The notes beneath the pieces are model-generated. The model saw only the letters and a program-made list of their open reading frames with translations. It had not been told where the DNA came from and ran no database searches. A DNA stretch of 64,000 nucleotides from Callorhinchus milii (Eukaryota): positions 14,386,001-14,450,000 of the forward strand of contig NW_024704743.1 of assembly GCF_018977255.1 (NCBI RefSeq), read 5' to 3'. The position numbers and the translations under genes were made by a program. Shown one piece after another: positions 1 through 12,562 of the stretch; positions within the stretch are counted from its first letter, which is position 1; every line of letters starts with the position of its first letter.

Positions 1-128
1 AGTTTGCAGGGATATGGAGAGAGAGCGGGGAATGGGATTGAATTGGATAGCTCTTTTCAAAGAGCCAGCACAGATACGATAGGCTGAATGGCTTCCTTCT
101 GTGTTATATAATTCTATAATTCTATGAT
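1..128 (+). mobile_element. CR1 LINE 3' UTR and tail
   Basis: Ends in ATTCTATAATTCTATGAT repeats; matches the reverse complement of the CR1 3' ends at 44913 and 51078. Confidence 0.85.
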
Positions 129-607
129 AACATGTCTTCGTAGCAACAAGGGATCAGGCCATACTCAACTTAGTTATGATTATGAGTAAAGAGTCAGAAA
201 TAGCTACAAATCTGGTGGTACGGGAACATCTTGGGAACAGTGACCATAATATGACCGAATTTAATGTCAGGTTTGAAGGGGAGAAAGGAGGATCACAAAA
301 TAAAGTTTTGGACTTAAACAAGGGCAACTTTGAAGAAGTGAGGAGAAACCAATTAGCCAGAATAAGGTGGTAGAAGTTGTTAATTGGCAAATCAACTGGC
401 AAACAATGGATAAGATGCTAAGAAGTAATTCGTACCTATTTGTATTTACCCTTGAAAGGCGAAGGCTGCACTTCTGGGATGATGCAACTATGGTCAAATA
501 AGCTGCTTAAGCAAAAAGATGAAACAGTAAAGGACATTGGCAAGATTGTAGCCCAGAAGGAATATAGATAGTAGCAAAAGGGGACCAAGAAGATAATACA
601 AGGCTGA

Positions 608-920
608 ATAATAATAATAATCCTTGCATTTGATATAGCGCTTTTCATGTCTTCTAGATGTCTCAAAGCACCTCACAGAATATGCTGTAAAGTGAATTGA
701 CTGTACATTTGTGGGCGAAACGCGGCAGCCAATTGCGCACAGCAGTGTCCCACAAACAGTCGTGGATTGAAAATGACCAATTTATTATTGTTTTATTTTG
801 GACGGATTACATTAGGTGTGTGGAGTAAGGAAACTTGCCCAAAGTTTCGCCCTGCCTGGAATTGAACTCGGGTGTCTCGCTTGCAAGGCGAGTGCTCTAA
901 CCACTGAACTACAGGACTCC
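608..920 (-). mobile_element. tRNA-Ala-headed SINE with L2-type tail, full length (short subfamily)
   Basis: Minus strand begins GGAGTCCTGTAGTTCAGTGGTTAGAGC with A/B boxes and TGC anticodon, has a Deu-like core GTGGGACACTGCTGTGCGCAATTGGCTGCC and ends in (ATT)n. Confidence 0.9.
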
Positions 921-952
921 ACGGATTGGAATATGAGACAAAAATTGCAGAT

Positions 953-1695
953 TACATAGAATTACATAGAATATACAGCACAGAAAAGGCCATTCAGCTC
1001 AACTGGTCTATGCTGGCATTTATGCTCCACATAAACACTCTACATGAGCCTCCTCCTGTCCTTTCTCAACTAAGCCTATCAGCATAACCTTCTATTCCTT
1101 TCTCCCTCATGTACTTATCTAGTTTCCCCTTAAATGCATCTATGCTATTCGCCTCAACTATTCTTTGTGGTAGCAAGATCCACATTCCTACCTCTCTCCT
1201 GGTAAAGAAGTTTCTTCTGATTTCACTATTTGATTTATTGGTGACTATTTTATATTTACGGCCCCTGGTTTTGGGCTTCCCCACAAGTGGAAATTTCTTC
1301 TCTATGTCTACCCTATCAAAACCTTTCATAATTTTAACAACCTCTATTAGGTCACCCTTCACCCTTCTCTTTTCAAGAGAAAAAAGTCCAAGCTTGTTCA
1401 GCCTTTCCTGATAGGTATAATCTCGCAGTTCCAGTGCCATCCTTGTAAATCTCCTTTACACCTTCTCCAGTACCTCTATATCTTTTCTATAATATGGTAA
1501 CCAGAACTGTACACAGTACTTCAAATGTGGTCTAACCAAGGTTTGATATACGTTTAGCATAACTTCCCTGCTTTTCATTTCTATCCCTCGGGAAATTAAG
1601 CCCAACACTTGGTTAGCTTTTTTTATGGCCTTATTAACCTGTGTCGCTACTTTTAGCGATTGTACCCCTAGATCCCTTTGCTCCTCTACCCCCAA
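953..1695 (-). mobile_element. CR1 LINE, 5'-truncated (RT C-terminus plus 3' UTR)
   Basis: ORFs 1456-1722 and 1066-1440 give RDLGV, LVRPHLKYCVQFW, YQERLNKLGLFSLEKRR..GDLIEV and RRNFFTRR; tail of TTCTATG repeats. Confidence 0.92.
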
Positions 1696-1911
1696 ATGAT
1701 ATGAGGAGTAACAGCAAAGCATTTTATAAATATATCAAGAGAAAGAGGGTGGTGAAGGAGGGTATAGGTCCAGATACAAGTGTCACATGGGCAGAGGATA
1801 AGGACAAGGCATGGATAATAAATATTTTGTTTTCCTCTACATAGTGGAAGGAGGATGAAATAGCAAATGTTCAAAGAAAGCTAGAGTTTAAAGTAGGGTA
1901 GAAACTTAAAG

Positions 1912-2063
1912 ATTTGTGGAACACTGCTGTGCACAATTGGCTGCCACGTTTTGCCCACAAAATACACAGTCAATTCACTTTACAGTATATTCTATGAAGC
2001 GCTTTGAGTCGTCTCAACGACATGATGAGGCTCTATATCAAATACAAAGATTATTATTGTTAT
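1912..2063 (+). mobile_element. SINE 3' fragment
   Basis: Deu-like core plus tail ending in (ATT)n. Confidence 0.8.
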
Positions 2064-3237
2064 TAAGTTCAATAGATTCAGAAATTGTACTGGAAAATTG
2101 GAGGACTCTAAATGTAATTCCATTATTCAAGAAGGGAAGAAGGAACAAACAACTATAGGTCTATGCATTTAAACATAGTGGTGGGCAAATTACTGGAATC
2201 TATCATGAAAGACATAATAAATGAACCAACAAAATCTATTTTTTTTGTTGTTTGACAAAACTACAGTGGTGATAGATAAAGGGTAATCAATGGATATGAT
2301 TTATATGGATTTTCAGAAAGCACATAAAAGACTTTTAGCTAAAAATAAGAGATAGGAGGTGGAGAGCTGGTGTAAAAGGAATGTTTCCTGATTGAAAGGC
2401 AGGATAAGTGCTGGCCCCATGCTCCACCCTATGTACCAACGATACTGCAATAGATATTTCTAAGATTGTGGATGACATTAAGATAGGAGGTGGTATACAT
2501 TGTGAAGAGGCAGACCAAAAAACGTAAAAAGACGTAGACACAATAAAAGAACGGCCAGAACTGTTGTAAATGGAGTTTAACATTGATAAATGTGATGTAA
2601 AAGAGGAACAGTTGGGTGCATGTCATAAATGGACAGGTGTTGGGGGTGGGAAGGGAGGGGGGTAGAGAGCACAGAGATCTAGGGGTTCACTGTAAATCAG
2701 TAAAAACTGTTAAAAAATGCAGAAAGAGGACATTAAGGCAAATTGAATGCAGACATTTATTCTAAGAGGTTTGGATTATAAAAGTGAGAAGGTACTTTTT
2801 CTGTTATATAAAGCACTGATCAGACCTCATTTGGAGTACAGTGTTCAGTTTTGGGCACCCAATTTTAGGAAAAAAAATCCTAGCCTTGGTCCAGTGACAG
2901 TTCAATAGATTAATACCTGACCTGAAGCATGATGAAAGCTTGGGTAGACTGGGTTATATTCCTTACAGCAGATATCTGCATTTATTTTTGCTAATAAAGT
3001 CATGGAGAAAAATATTCATGGGAACACTATTATTTGGCTGTGATGAAAATGGTAAGTAAAACTTACAAAGCCATGAAATTAATACTTAGGAAGGTAAGAA
3101 AGTATGGAATTAGATAAGACTTGTCTCATCAATTCTTCACAGTAATCATCATAGACCATGTACAATTTGCCTGACTGCCAATGTTTGGCGTCTTCATTCC
3201 TTTAAAGATCTACTTAAACAGACAGTTTTCCAGAGAA

Positions 3238-3345
3238 ATAATCCTTGCATTTGATATAGCGCCTTATCGCATTGTTGAGAAGTCTCAAAACACTTCACAG
3301 GATTTTCTGTAATATTCAAGTAAGTGTCCATTTGTAGGTGAAAGT
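3238..3345 (-). mobile_element. SINE 3' fragment
   Basis: ATAATCCTTGCATTTGATATAGCGCC tail signature. Confidence 0.75.
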
Positions 3346-3361
3346 TTGCTAAGAAAATTCC

Positions 3362-4409
3362 TTCAACTTTCAAAATGGAAATTTTTGGGGGGTCTGCTGT
3401 GTATCTGACCCATCCCCATGCTTAAGAAATCCAAACCAAACTGGGATTTCCATACATCTACACAGGGAAATCCCAGATATAGATTGTTGGAATGGAATGC
3501 GCACTCTCTCCCTGAAGAGACTTATCCTGCTTACCTAATTCTGGGAAGTATTAGGCACAGTTTGGCAAGAAATAAGGCTTGGGGACCTCAGAATGTGTGT
3601 TGGGGAAATGCTGGAATCTAACCAGCTAAAACTGTATTGCTTGTCACTGATATGTCTGTCTGGCAAGTTTCCCACTGCTTGTCCAACTAGGACCACCCAA
3701 CCCATTTGGTGTGCAGTGGGAAACTTGCTGAGTGGGATAACTCCTGCCCCCAGTGACCTGGTCTGCTCTTCCAAGTCGTACCTATGCTGTCATCAGCGGT
3801 GCCCTGGAATACTGTGGACACCACAGAGGGCTGGCTCGATTCTGCCATTCCATTGCCAAGCATCTCACCCTGGAGCCAGTTCAGCTCCAAGGAGACCTGC
3901 TTACCTCCTTCCCAAGGAGAATAGTCACTAGTTGGTCGCTCAACATCCAACAAGCACAGGTTGGAGCCCTCATTCAGTGGATGGTAAGTACAAGGAACTC
4001 CCTGCGAGTTTCCCGGTGGGCAACACATCTCAGCATGAAATGCGTGAGAGGATTGCCACCATCTTCCTACCCGCATCTCGGGCACACATCCCTATCCCAT
4101 TGAGCAATGGTTCCACCAGTTGGAGGTGCGGAGTTCAAGCAGCAGCTGCTTGCCTCTCTGCAGGCCAATTAAGGTGGATTCCAGGCCCTGAATGTGTTCG
4201 CGAACTCGGACTCCAGGTAACACCCTCCTGCGGCTGTCGCCCCAAGCCTCAGAGCTTCTTCATCAGCTATCTGGCAGGCATCTACCTTTAGCATGGTGGG
4301 CGGGCCTTTACAGGACAGTTTGCGACGTGCTAGCCATCTTGATGTTCTCGAGCTCCAAGTTCCAAGTTCAATGCTACGTACCAGGCTAATGGAATTTTGA
4401 GAGGTGGAA
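3362..4409. mobile_element. Unclassified ~1.05 kb interspersed element, probable non-autonomous DNA transposon (copy 1, most complete)
   Basis: Homologous to 15017-15735, 28812-29500 and 38810-39745; imperfect terminal inverted repeat TTCAACTTTTCAAAAT (3362-3377) / ATTTTGAGAGGTGGAA (4394-4409), 13/16 match. Confidence 0.6.
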
Positions 4410-4439
4410 CAAAGCAGAAAGATAACCAGATTTTATCCA

Positions 4440-4760
4440 ATAATAAAAATCCTTGCAATTGATACAGCATCTTATCGTCCTTGAGACGTCTCAAAGCGCT
4501 GCACAGGATATACGATAAAGTGGATTGACTGTATTTTGAGGACAAAACACGACAGCCAATTGCACACATCAGTGTCCCATAAATAGCCATGGAGTGAGTG
4601 ACCAATTTTATTTTAGGGGATTTTTATTTATTTATTTTTCGGTTTTAGTGTCTCATCTAAAGGACGGCCTCTCCAGCAATGCAACACACCCCCATTGCTT
4701 GTATAGAGTGTCAGCTTGGACTATGTGATTCCAAGTCCCGATGTGGGGCTTGAACCAAAT
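4440..4760 (-). mobile_element. Deu-domain SINE fragments
   Basis: Tail and core at 4440-4610; older DeuSINE head and middle at 4635-4760 (GTGGGGCTTGAACC). Confidence 0.7.
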
Positions 4761-5139
4761 AGATTGGATTCCACAAAAGGACAGAAAAATATGAAAATGG
4801 ATTTGGAAAGTTTCCTTGTAATCTTACAGAATGCAGGAATAGTTCTTTTATAAACAGATAATCTCAAGCAACATCTCCTGAATTAAATGGGATTGTCTGC
4901 AGTTATTTAAAGTGGTAGATTTATAACGGTAGATTAATAACGGTAATCCCACTAGTGTCACAGTGCCTGAGTTGAAAGTATACAGAATTAGTCAGCTCAC
5001 AGAGGCAGATGTTTGAAGCTAATTTGTATACTGCAAAGTCCTACAAAGAGTTATGAAGTGAATACTTAATTATTTGAAATATTTGTTGGCCTTAACACTC
5101 TCGGTTGAAGAGACTGGTCTTAAAGCGACATTATGTCAG

Positions 5140-5465
5140 GTATCAGCCTGGCAGAATAGGTAGCAGTCTCCCTTCTGAGTCAAAAAGTCGTGAATTCAAG
5201 CCTGACATCAGGACTTTGAGCTCATAATTAGTCTAATACTCCAGGCCAGTTTTGGGAAAGTGCTGCATTGTCAGAGATGCTGTCCTTCAGATGACATAAA
5301 ACCTCTCTGTCTGTTCAGGTGAATGTTAAATATCCCATGGCACTATTTGAAAAGAATGATATCTCCCACTACTATGTTCAAATTGGCGGCCCCATTTGCC
5401 TACAAAATACAGTCGCTACACTTAACATTGCTTAGGCTCTATATCAAATGTAAGCATTATTACTT
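5140..5465 (+). mobile_element. Older Deu-domain SINE (SacSINE1/AmnSINE-like)
   Basis: tRNA-like head CTGAGTCA..TTCAAGCC, then GTGCTGCATTGTCAGAG..CAGGTG..TCCCATGGCACTATTTGAA..AAATTGGC. Confidence 0.75.
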
Positions 5466-7944
5466 ATAAGTATTTGCTTTGCAATTAAACAGTACGTTTC
5501 AATGAAGTAGGGAAAGCAAAAACTCTTTATTGGAGTTTAATTCAGCAAGTTTATTATATCAAGCACTGACCGGTTAATGAATCAATGGACAATTCTGGGT
5601 TAATTGAAATCTTGGGAGAGAGCATTGCTCTCTTCCTCCATTCCACAAGCACTGCCCTCGTGTCAGCATGAAGCTCAGGGACTGCTGGTAATTACACAAA
5701 TGTCTGTGAAGGATCATAGGTTCAATGGAATCTGACAGTCACACTCCGTTTTGTTTCTGAGAACTGAAGCCCCAGCTCCAGCCAAGTGAGCAAGGAGTGT
5801 AATTGTAGAGATGTACATACAGGGTGAGAGGAAAATGAAATGAGTATCGTGCACAGTGCTACTTACTAAGAAATGAAGTACTGTATCTGCCTCTAATGAT
5901 GCAGTTGATGCTACATTCCTTCAGATTGGAAAATGGAGACTTTATTCCTCCGCATTTGTCTCTTTAAAACAATGTGTAAGAAAAAAAAATGACCTCTCAT
6001 TTTCCAACAATTCTGTAGGGTTCACTGTACTCAACTTCCCCCCCGTCCCTCACCCTTCTTAACTCTCCACCCTCCTCCCCAGTTTAGGTTTCCAGTCAGC
6101 TGTGTGGAACACTTTGAGATGTCCTTATGACATGAAAGGCGCTATATATAGGTCAATTCTTGTCTATTAATCTAGTGATTAATTAGTATTTATAAAGAAG
6201 TTCAATACTCAGTAATGTTTCAGACATTGAACACTCGGTTGAAAATTCATGAATATCATGTGTATTAGCTATGCTACATGTAATAAAAAATCTGGTCACT
6301 CAGATACTCTAGGTCCAATTTTCTGAATGTCACTCCTCTTCAAGTCCCTGCCTTGTTTTATGCCTTTCTGGATGGATTTCTTGGAATATTACACAACAAC
6401 AACTAGCATTTATATAGCCCCTTTAACATGGGGAGTACCTTGGAGTGCTGACCCAATGACGGATGTAGCTATTGAATTAGACTGTCAATCATTAGCTAAT
6501 AAAGCAAATACCTGCTATCAGCAACATTGATATAATCAGCAGCTGAATTCAGCAGTTCCGGCTATCTCGACTAGTTAGAGCAGAGTAAGGAGTCGGTAGC
6601 TAGGAGCCAGGCTCTCGCACGAGTTGTGCCGTCTCAATCATCCTTTATGTTGCATGACATACAGAGCAAACGTGGAATGTACCAGTTCAGTGTGAATGTG
6701 AAAGCCTAATATAAGCTTTTTTGTAGATCCTAACAAATGGTGTCCTAAATATTAATAATTCCTCTGTTTGAAATGCCAATTCAGAGGGATTCAGTGATCC
6801 CTGAGAATAGCTCATGTGCTTTGTAAGCACAATTCTTGAGATTTTGTTTATGTAGACCATATTAGGGGTAATATGCTGATAAATGTATTCACTTTGACTA
6901 TTGAAATTCCATTTGAAGTGCATGTCATCAAAATTTAGTGAACATAACGACACACGGAATATTAAGTGCTAAATAAGAAAGTGTTTCACGTTCTCTGTTT
7001 ATTAGACCAAATATCCATTATTATCTTATTATCTTATAATGAATTGATTCAGAAATGTTAACAAAATCTACGTTATCCACTTATCAGGCACCATAAAGGA
7101 AGAATCCTACTTATTCTCTTTAACTGAGCTAACAGTAAGATAGATGTAACCCCTGCCTGACTTTGCCTCTTGGTGGGTGCTTGAGGTTTTATGACTTCAA
7201 TAAGAAAATACCCATGACAAAAAGATTATTTTTGTCTATAATTAAAGTATGCGAAGGATGAACACTCCATTTATTTACGTTTTCTACATTTGTTTACGGA
7301 ATTCCCAGGATAAACCATTCAAGACAGTAATTGTTTAAGAGATGTTTACCCTGTGAGAGTCAATATTGTGTGTCAGCCAAGATCTATAAACAACAAAAAA
7401 TGACATTTGTATTGCGCCTTTCACGTTGGGAAGATGTCCCAAGTCCCAAGTGATCTCGTCACATCAATAATATATGTAGCATCTCTTAACACATTGTGAA
7501 ATTCACTCGAAGTGCATGTTTGGTGATAGACTTCTGTGATGGACTAATGATCGATCACAAGCCAACAAGTGTGTTAGAAACAATGAAACAAAGGTTCATC
7601 ACGCTGTGGACATGTCACTGATGGTCATCGAAACAACTTGAAAACTCGAACAGAATTGATAGAATCTTCATTTGTTCTTTTGAATATTCATACAATACAA
7701 TTTACATTTCACATTGACATTTTACATAGTAATACAGTAATATAGGAGAAACGTTTACACCATTTTGTAACTATAGTATCACTGGAATTGATATTGAAAT
7801 ACGTTGCCGATGTTTATTGTTAAACACTAAGCGATCACTACCAGGCAGTACCTCTCCCACAGGGTGGTCTTTACTCACAGAAGCTTTTGGGAGATCAATC
7901 AGCCCCATCTTGGAAAAAATGGCAGGTGAGTTGATCTATCCACA

Positions 7945-8845
7945 GTCCTCTCCTTTTCATCATCTACATGCTCCTTCTTGGTGACATCATCTGTAGGTAT
8001 AGTTCCACTTCTACATCGACGCAAATGACAAGCAACCACACCAGACTCCAGGATCACTGCTGTACTGATAGACACCAAGTCCTAGATGTGCCACGACTTC
8101 CTCAATTCAACAAGGATAGTATTGATGCTTTATCCTGTTCAACTCCTCCTCACCTCAGCCTCTGACCATATCGACATCCCAGTTTGCTCACTCCAACTAA
8201 TAGAGCTTGTGGAGCCTTAGCATTTCATTCAACCTCAACTCTCCATCAAACCTTTTATCCAGGTTCTGACAAAGTTTGTCTTCCTTCATCTCCTCGACAT
8301 CACCCATCTTCACCGCTACCTCAACTTCAACACAATCAAAACCCTCATCTACACCTTTGTCACTTCCAGAGCCAACTTTTCCAAAGCTCTGTTGTCCAGC
8401 TCCACCTCCATCACTTTCGAACCATACAGAACTCTACAGCCTGCGTCCCCTCCACCACCAGACTCTGTGAGCCATCACATCGATTCTTACCAGCTCCATA
8501 TTAGCTCCCCATCCCACAGCGGATCAACTTTAACATCTTCTTCCTCACCTATAAATGCCTCCAAGATCTTGCACAACTCCCCTAGTCAGACTCTCCACTC
8601 CACCAACTCCAGCCTGCTTCATGCACCTTGCTTGCTTTGCCCCACAATCGATGGGTGAGCTTTCAACTACTTTGCCACCTTCCTCTTAAAAGTCTCCCTT
8701 GAAATATGCCTGGCTCGCTCTCTATTCGAAATCCTGCCTGAAGACCCACCATTTTTTCTATGCTTTTGGCCACCTCACCCCCTAGCTTTCTCCCAGCTCG
8801 GGCTCCCCCTCATTCCAAAATGAAAGACACTATAGAAGTGCAAAT
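7945..8845 (+). mobile_element. Old L2 LINE 3' portion
   Basis: Decayed RT C-terminus (LLLGDIICRY, IQNSTACV) and tail remnant GAAAGACACTATAGAAGTGCAA. Confidence 0.75.
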
Positions 8846-9153
8846 GAGACAGTGCATTTCCACCCCTTTGGGTGATAAAATAACATATGGCATCTTTGCT
8901 GCTTGTTTCAATTTCTTGACCAGTTGGAATTGTTACCATTAGAAGAATTAAGAGCTAATTGAAAGGCAAAATAGCAACAAAATAACCTTCAGTCACAATT
9001 TCCAGACCAAGCAGTCAATCCCAGCAGCACATAACGTGAACCTCTAGGCTGCCAGATCACAAGGAGTGATTCTCTCGCTGAGTTATAATTCCACCCTTAA
9101 TTGAAAATCCTTTCAACAAAACAAATCGACAACAACAACTTGCATTTATGTCG

Positions 9154-9295
9154 TAATAATAGTAATCCTTGCATTTGATATAGCGCTTTTCACGTCGGAA
9201 GGACGTCCCAAAGCGCTTCACAGAACACTACTGTAAAGTGAATTGACTGTAAATTTGTGGGCGAACGCGGCAGCCAATTGCGCACAGCAATGTCG
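9154..9295 (-). mobile_element. Young SINE 3' fragment
   Basis: Near-identical to 62109-62260; L2-like tail hairpin. Confidence 0.88.
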
Positions 9296-9799
9296 TACAT
9301 TTTATGCAGGATAGCATCTTGGAGGGATTTGCACAGTTGCATCATCAATCCAAGTTGCTCACACAGTAAACTCCAGCAGATGAAATGCTGAACCCAGGAA
9401 AAAGAAGTACCAATTTTTGATGCCGCCATGAAAGTGTCTGGGTGTTGTTGGTTATTCCCCAGGGAAGTATGGACGTAATTGTGCAATAAATGGACATTTG
9501 ACTGTTCTGATGGATGTCCTTTTTGTGACTTCACCAGACAGCCTTGCTTTGCTATTTGTTCCTTCAAGGTAGTTTCTCCTGATTTAACAGGTATCAGTCA
9601 GATCCAAGTTCTACATGTCTATGAGCAATGCTAATTAGGATCATGGACTCTGAAAGTGAAAGAACTACATATCACAGAGTGCCTCAGAGTCTGGAACTTG
9701 TATAATGAATGGAGAAAAAGTTCTCTGGCCACTACATATAGGAAAGTCTCCTTTCCTGTTAGGTGATTTGTGCTAGGCTAGGATTCTAGGATACACTCC

Positions 9800-10745
9800 T
9801 GTAGCATTCCCCAGTGAGCGTTCTTCATGTATGAGCTCAAACACAGAATGATGGCAGATTATTCCATTTTGACACTTTACACATTCTCAGTTCATACATG
9901 CAAACTTTCCAATATTCGCACTTAGCTGAGATGAGGATTAGGAACTCTGGCTAATTTGTTCCCTCCCTAATCCAGGGATGAAAAGACCAATTATAGGATC
10001 ATTATCTGCAATAACAGATACAACAACTTGCATTTATATACCATCCCTCACACAGGTAATGTCTCAGAGAGTTTAACAGTGGTGGAGCTTGATGCTGAGC
10101 CAAGGAGAGAGGGTAGGTGACCGTAGACTGTAGGTTGAAGAGGTCCAAGACAACGACAACAATTTGCATTTCTATAGCGCCCTTCATGTCGGGTAGTGTC
10201 CTAGAGCGCTTCATAGTGGCGGAGTCTGATTCCGAGACAGGGGCAGAGGGAGGGGAAGGTGACACAAGCACGATCAAAAAGGAAAGTCTTTAGACCAGAT
10301 TTGAAAGTGGGGAAGGAGGGAGCAAGGCAAAGGGATTGGGGGAAAGAGTTCCAGAGCTTCGAGGCATAGTGACTGAAAGCACAGCTGCCAATAGAGGAGT
10401 GGAGGGGTTGAGCGACAAACAGGAGGCAGGAGCTGGCTGAGCGGAGGCAGCGGGTGGTGGGGTGGGGGATGAGCAAGTCAGGGCAGGTGTGAGGGCATGA
10501 TGGAATTTGAAAACGAGAGAGAGGGTCTTGAAATTGATCTGTTCGGAAATTGGGAGCCAGTGCAACCTAGCAAGGACATTACCAGCGTGAAGGATGCCAA
10601 GGAGGGTGTTGGAAAAATCGAGGTGGGATGTGACAAATGCATTAGTCAGGGTCTAGCTGAACTGAGATCAAGCTGGCTGAGATCAGTTACTCAATGCAAA
10701 ACGGCGAACCAATTTGGGCCATTCCTGCTCTGTGTGGCTCACTTT
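9800..10745 (-). mobile_element. Ancient unclassified repeat (probable SINE), split by L2 insertions
   Basis: 9800-10010 and 10660-10745 resemble the reverse complement of 44785-44910 and 63110-63240 (GGGAGGG..AAAT(C/T)AGCCAG..TTCCT motif). Confidence 0.5.
10018..10650 (-). mobile_element. L2 LINE 3' ends (two stacked tails)
   Basis: HWLPISEQINFK and LWNSFPQSL..FKSGLKTFLF; tails at about 10018 and 10149. Confidence 0.85.
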
Positions 10746-12254
10746 CACATTGGGCAGGGAGTTTACCAGCTGAGCTATTGGGCAAGTCTGGGAGACACCC
10801 ATTATTCTTGTCAGCATTATTAATATTTCTGAAGTGTACAGAGAACCCTGAAAGAATGCTCCCAGGTTGAACATATATTTGTTTAGAGGTATGACAAGCT
10901 ACCTTCCCATACTAAAAAAATTACTGACCTCTAGATCATGTCATGTGCAGGAACTGGCACTAATGTAACTTCCTGTGTGCTGTGCATGGAAAGTACAACT
11001 GATGCCAAATATGACTTTGCTCAGTTTGAGCACTCCGAGATGCTATCCTGCTTCAAGGGAGCTATATAAATACAAGTTGTTGTTGTACTTCATCCACCAG
11101 GAAATCTACTTTCGATTTTTACATTGTCCCCTCAATATTTCAGAGCATACCACCATCGGACATTTTGCAGACTCATTGCTGAAAAGTCAAATGACCCATT
11201 TTCAGGACATAAAGCTGATTTACATACCTCATTGCTGTTAGTATTTCATTAGACAGCTTGCTTTAACACAAGTGGATTTTTTGCTATTACTGAAAGGAAA
11301 AGGTACTTTAGTGCTAAATTAATAAGAAAAAAACCTCCAGGGCTTGTGTTCTGGTCTTTTACTGGGTTCAGTGAAACCCTTTCTGTTTAAATAATCAACT
11401 GACTCTGGAGAAAACTTTAAAGTCTGTGTAGAACTAACCAAAACTTCTAGCTATAAATGAACAATGCCTCTGACCATTGTTTGCTTTGTAGTATATTACA
11501 AACTGGCCACTATTAATTTTGATATGGCCATTACATTGATGATAAATTGTAAGGTCAGGGTGTTGAGGATTAAGGCAAAAAAGTGGGGAAATGGTAGTAA
11601 AAGATCTGCCATAAGCAAAAAGCAATGGTGGAAACTTTCAATGGGAGGAATAGTTCTCTCCCGTTCCTATGTTCTAATGGCAAAGTTTTGTTTTCAACTA
11701 CAGGAATCAAAATTATGAATCAAACGTCAGATATTATTAAAAAGCAATACTTAGAAACCAATTGGGTTGTGCGCTTGAATCAGCTGCCTGCATTCAATCT
11801 CCGAGCTAGTGCTGTGCATAGGGTGTGTGTGTAGGGGGATACTGATTAATTACTGACCCAGTAACAGACGAGAGCTGGGTTGACTCAGATGAGATGACAG
11901 GTCATACAGTACACAAACCACTCAGTGTCTAATGTTTTAATAATGAGTGGAAAATTCAGTAAATGAAGCATTGTAATGAATTATTCAGGCAATAATCACT
12001 GAGAAGGAGTACATTTATCACAGAATTGTTTTAACAAAGGCTGAAGCCAAATGCTGGAGCAGAGCCTGTTGCACTAAAGCCAGATAAACATGCTTGTGTA
12101 AGGTGAACTCCGGCCTCAGATTGTGCCAGCGCATCATTTTGTAACACTTTATTTGAGCTTATTTTCAGTCATTTCCCGTGATTCCCTCACACTCATGGCA
12201 ACACCTTCTAACAATTCAGAAATATTCTAAATGTTTTCTGAAATATGTGTGTTC

Positions 12255-12562
12255 AACAAGGAGAATAGAGAAAGGCTATTTTCACTGTTCACTGAGTCAG
12301 TAACAAGAGAACATAAATTGAGGTTTATCAAAAGAAGAAAAACGTGGATAGTTAAAAGAAATATTTCATTCAGAAAGTTGTTATAATGTGGAATGCTTTT
12401 CCACTAGTAACTCTTTAAAAGAGAATGCAAGATGCAAAATTATATAGGATAAGGGGACGGAGCAGAAGGATAGGATTTTGGTAGGTAGTTCCAGTGGAAC
12501 TGGCACAGATATAATGGAATTAATTACCTTTTTCAGAGCTGCACACTTTCCAGGATTCTATG
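12255..12562 (+). mobile_element. CR1 LINE 3' end, old
   Basis: NKENRERLFSL..ESVTREHKL..FIQKVVIMWNA followed by CR1 3' UTR and ATTCTATG. Confidence 0.75.

Larger units (their letters stand above)
140..3230 (+). mobile_element. Old, degenerate CR1 LINE ORF2 (endonuclease end, tether, RT), interrupted by younger insertions
   Basis: Translated remnants LVVREHLGNSDHNM (APE C-terminus), [38 protein letters not shown] and RPHLEYSVQFWAP occur in CR1 order with many stops and frameshifts. Confidence 0.8.

Noticed and set aside
3593..4291. Overlapping 112-132 aa ORFs as a transposase or viral gene
   Set aside because: No catalytic motif recognised, and the frames are not preserved among the four copies.
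9190..9567. 125 aa minus-strand ORF as an exon
   Set aside because: No recognisable domain, it runs into a SINE, and splice support is weak.
11229..11290. Minus-strand segment with good acceptor and GTATGT donor
   Set aside because: Stop codons in all three frames; at most a non-coding exon, with no further support.
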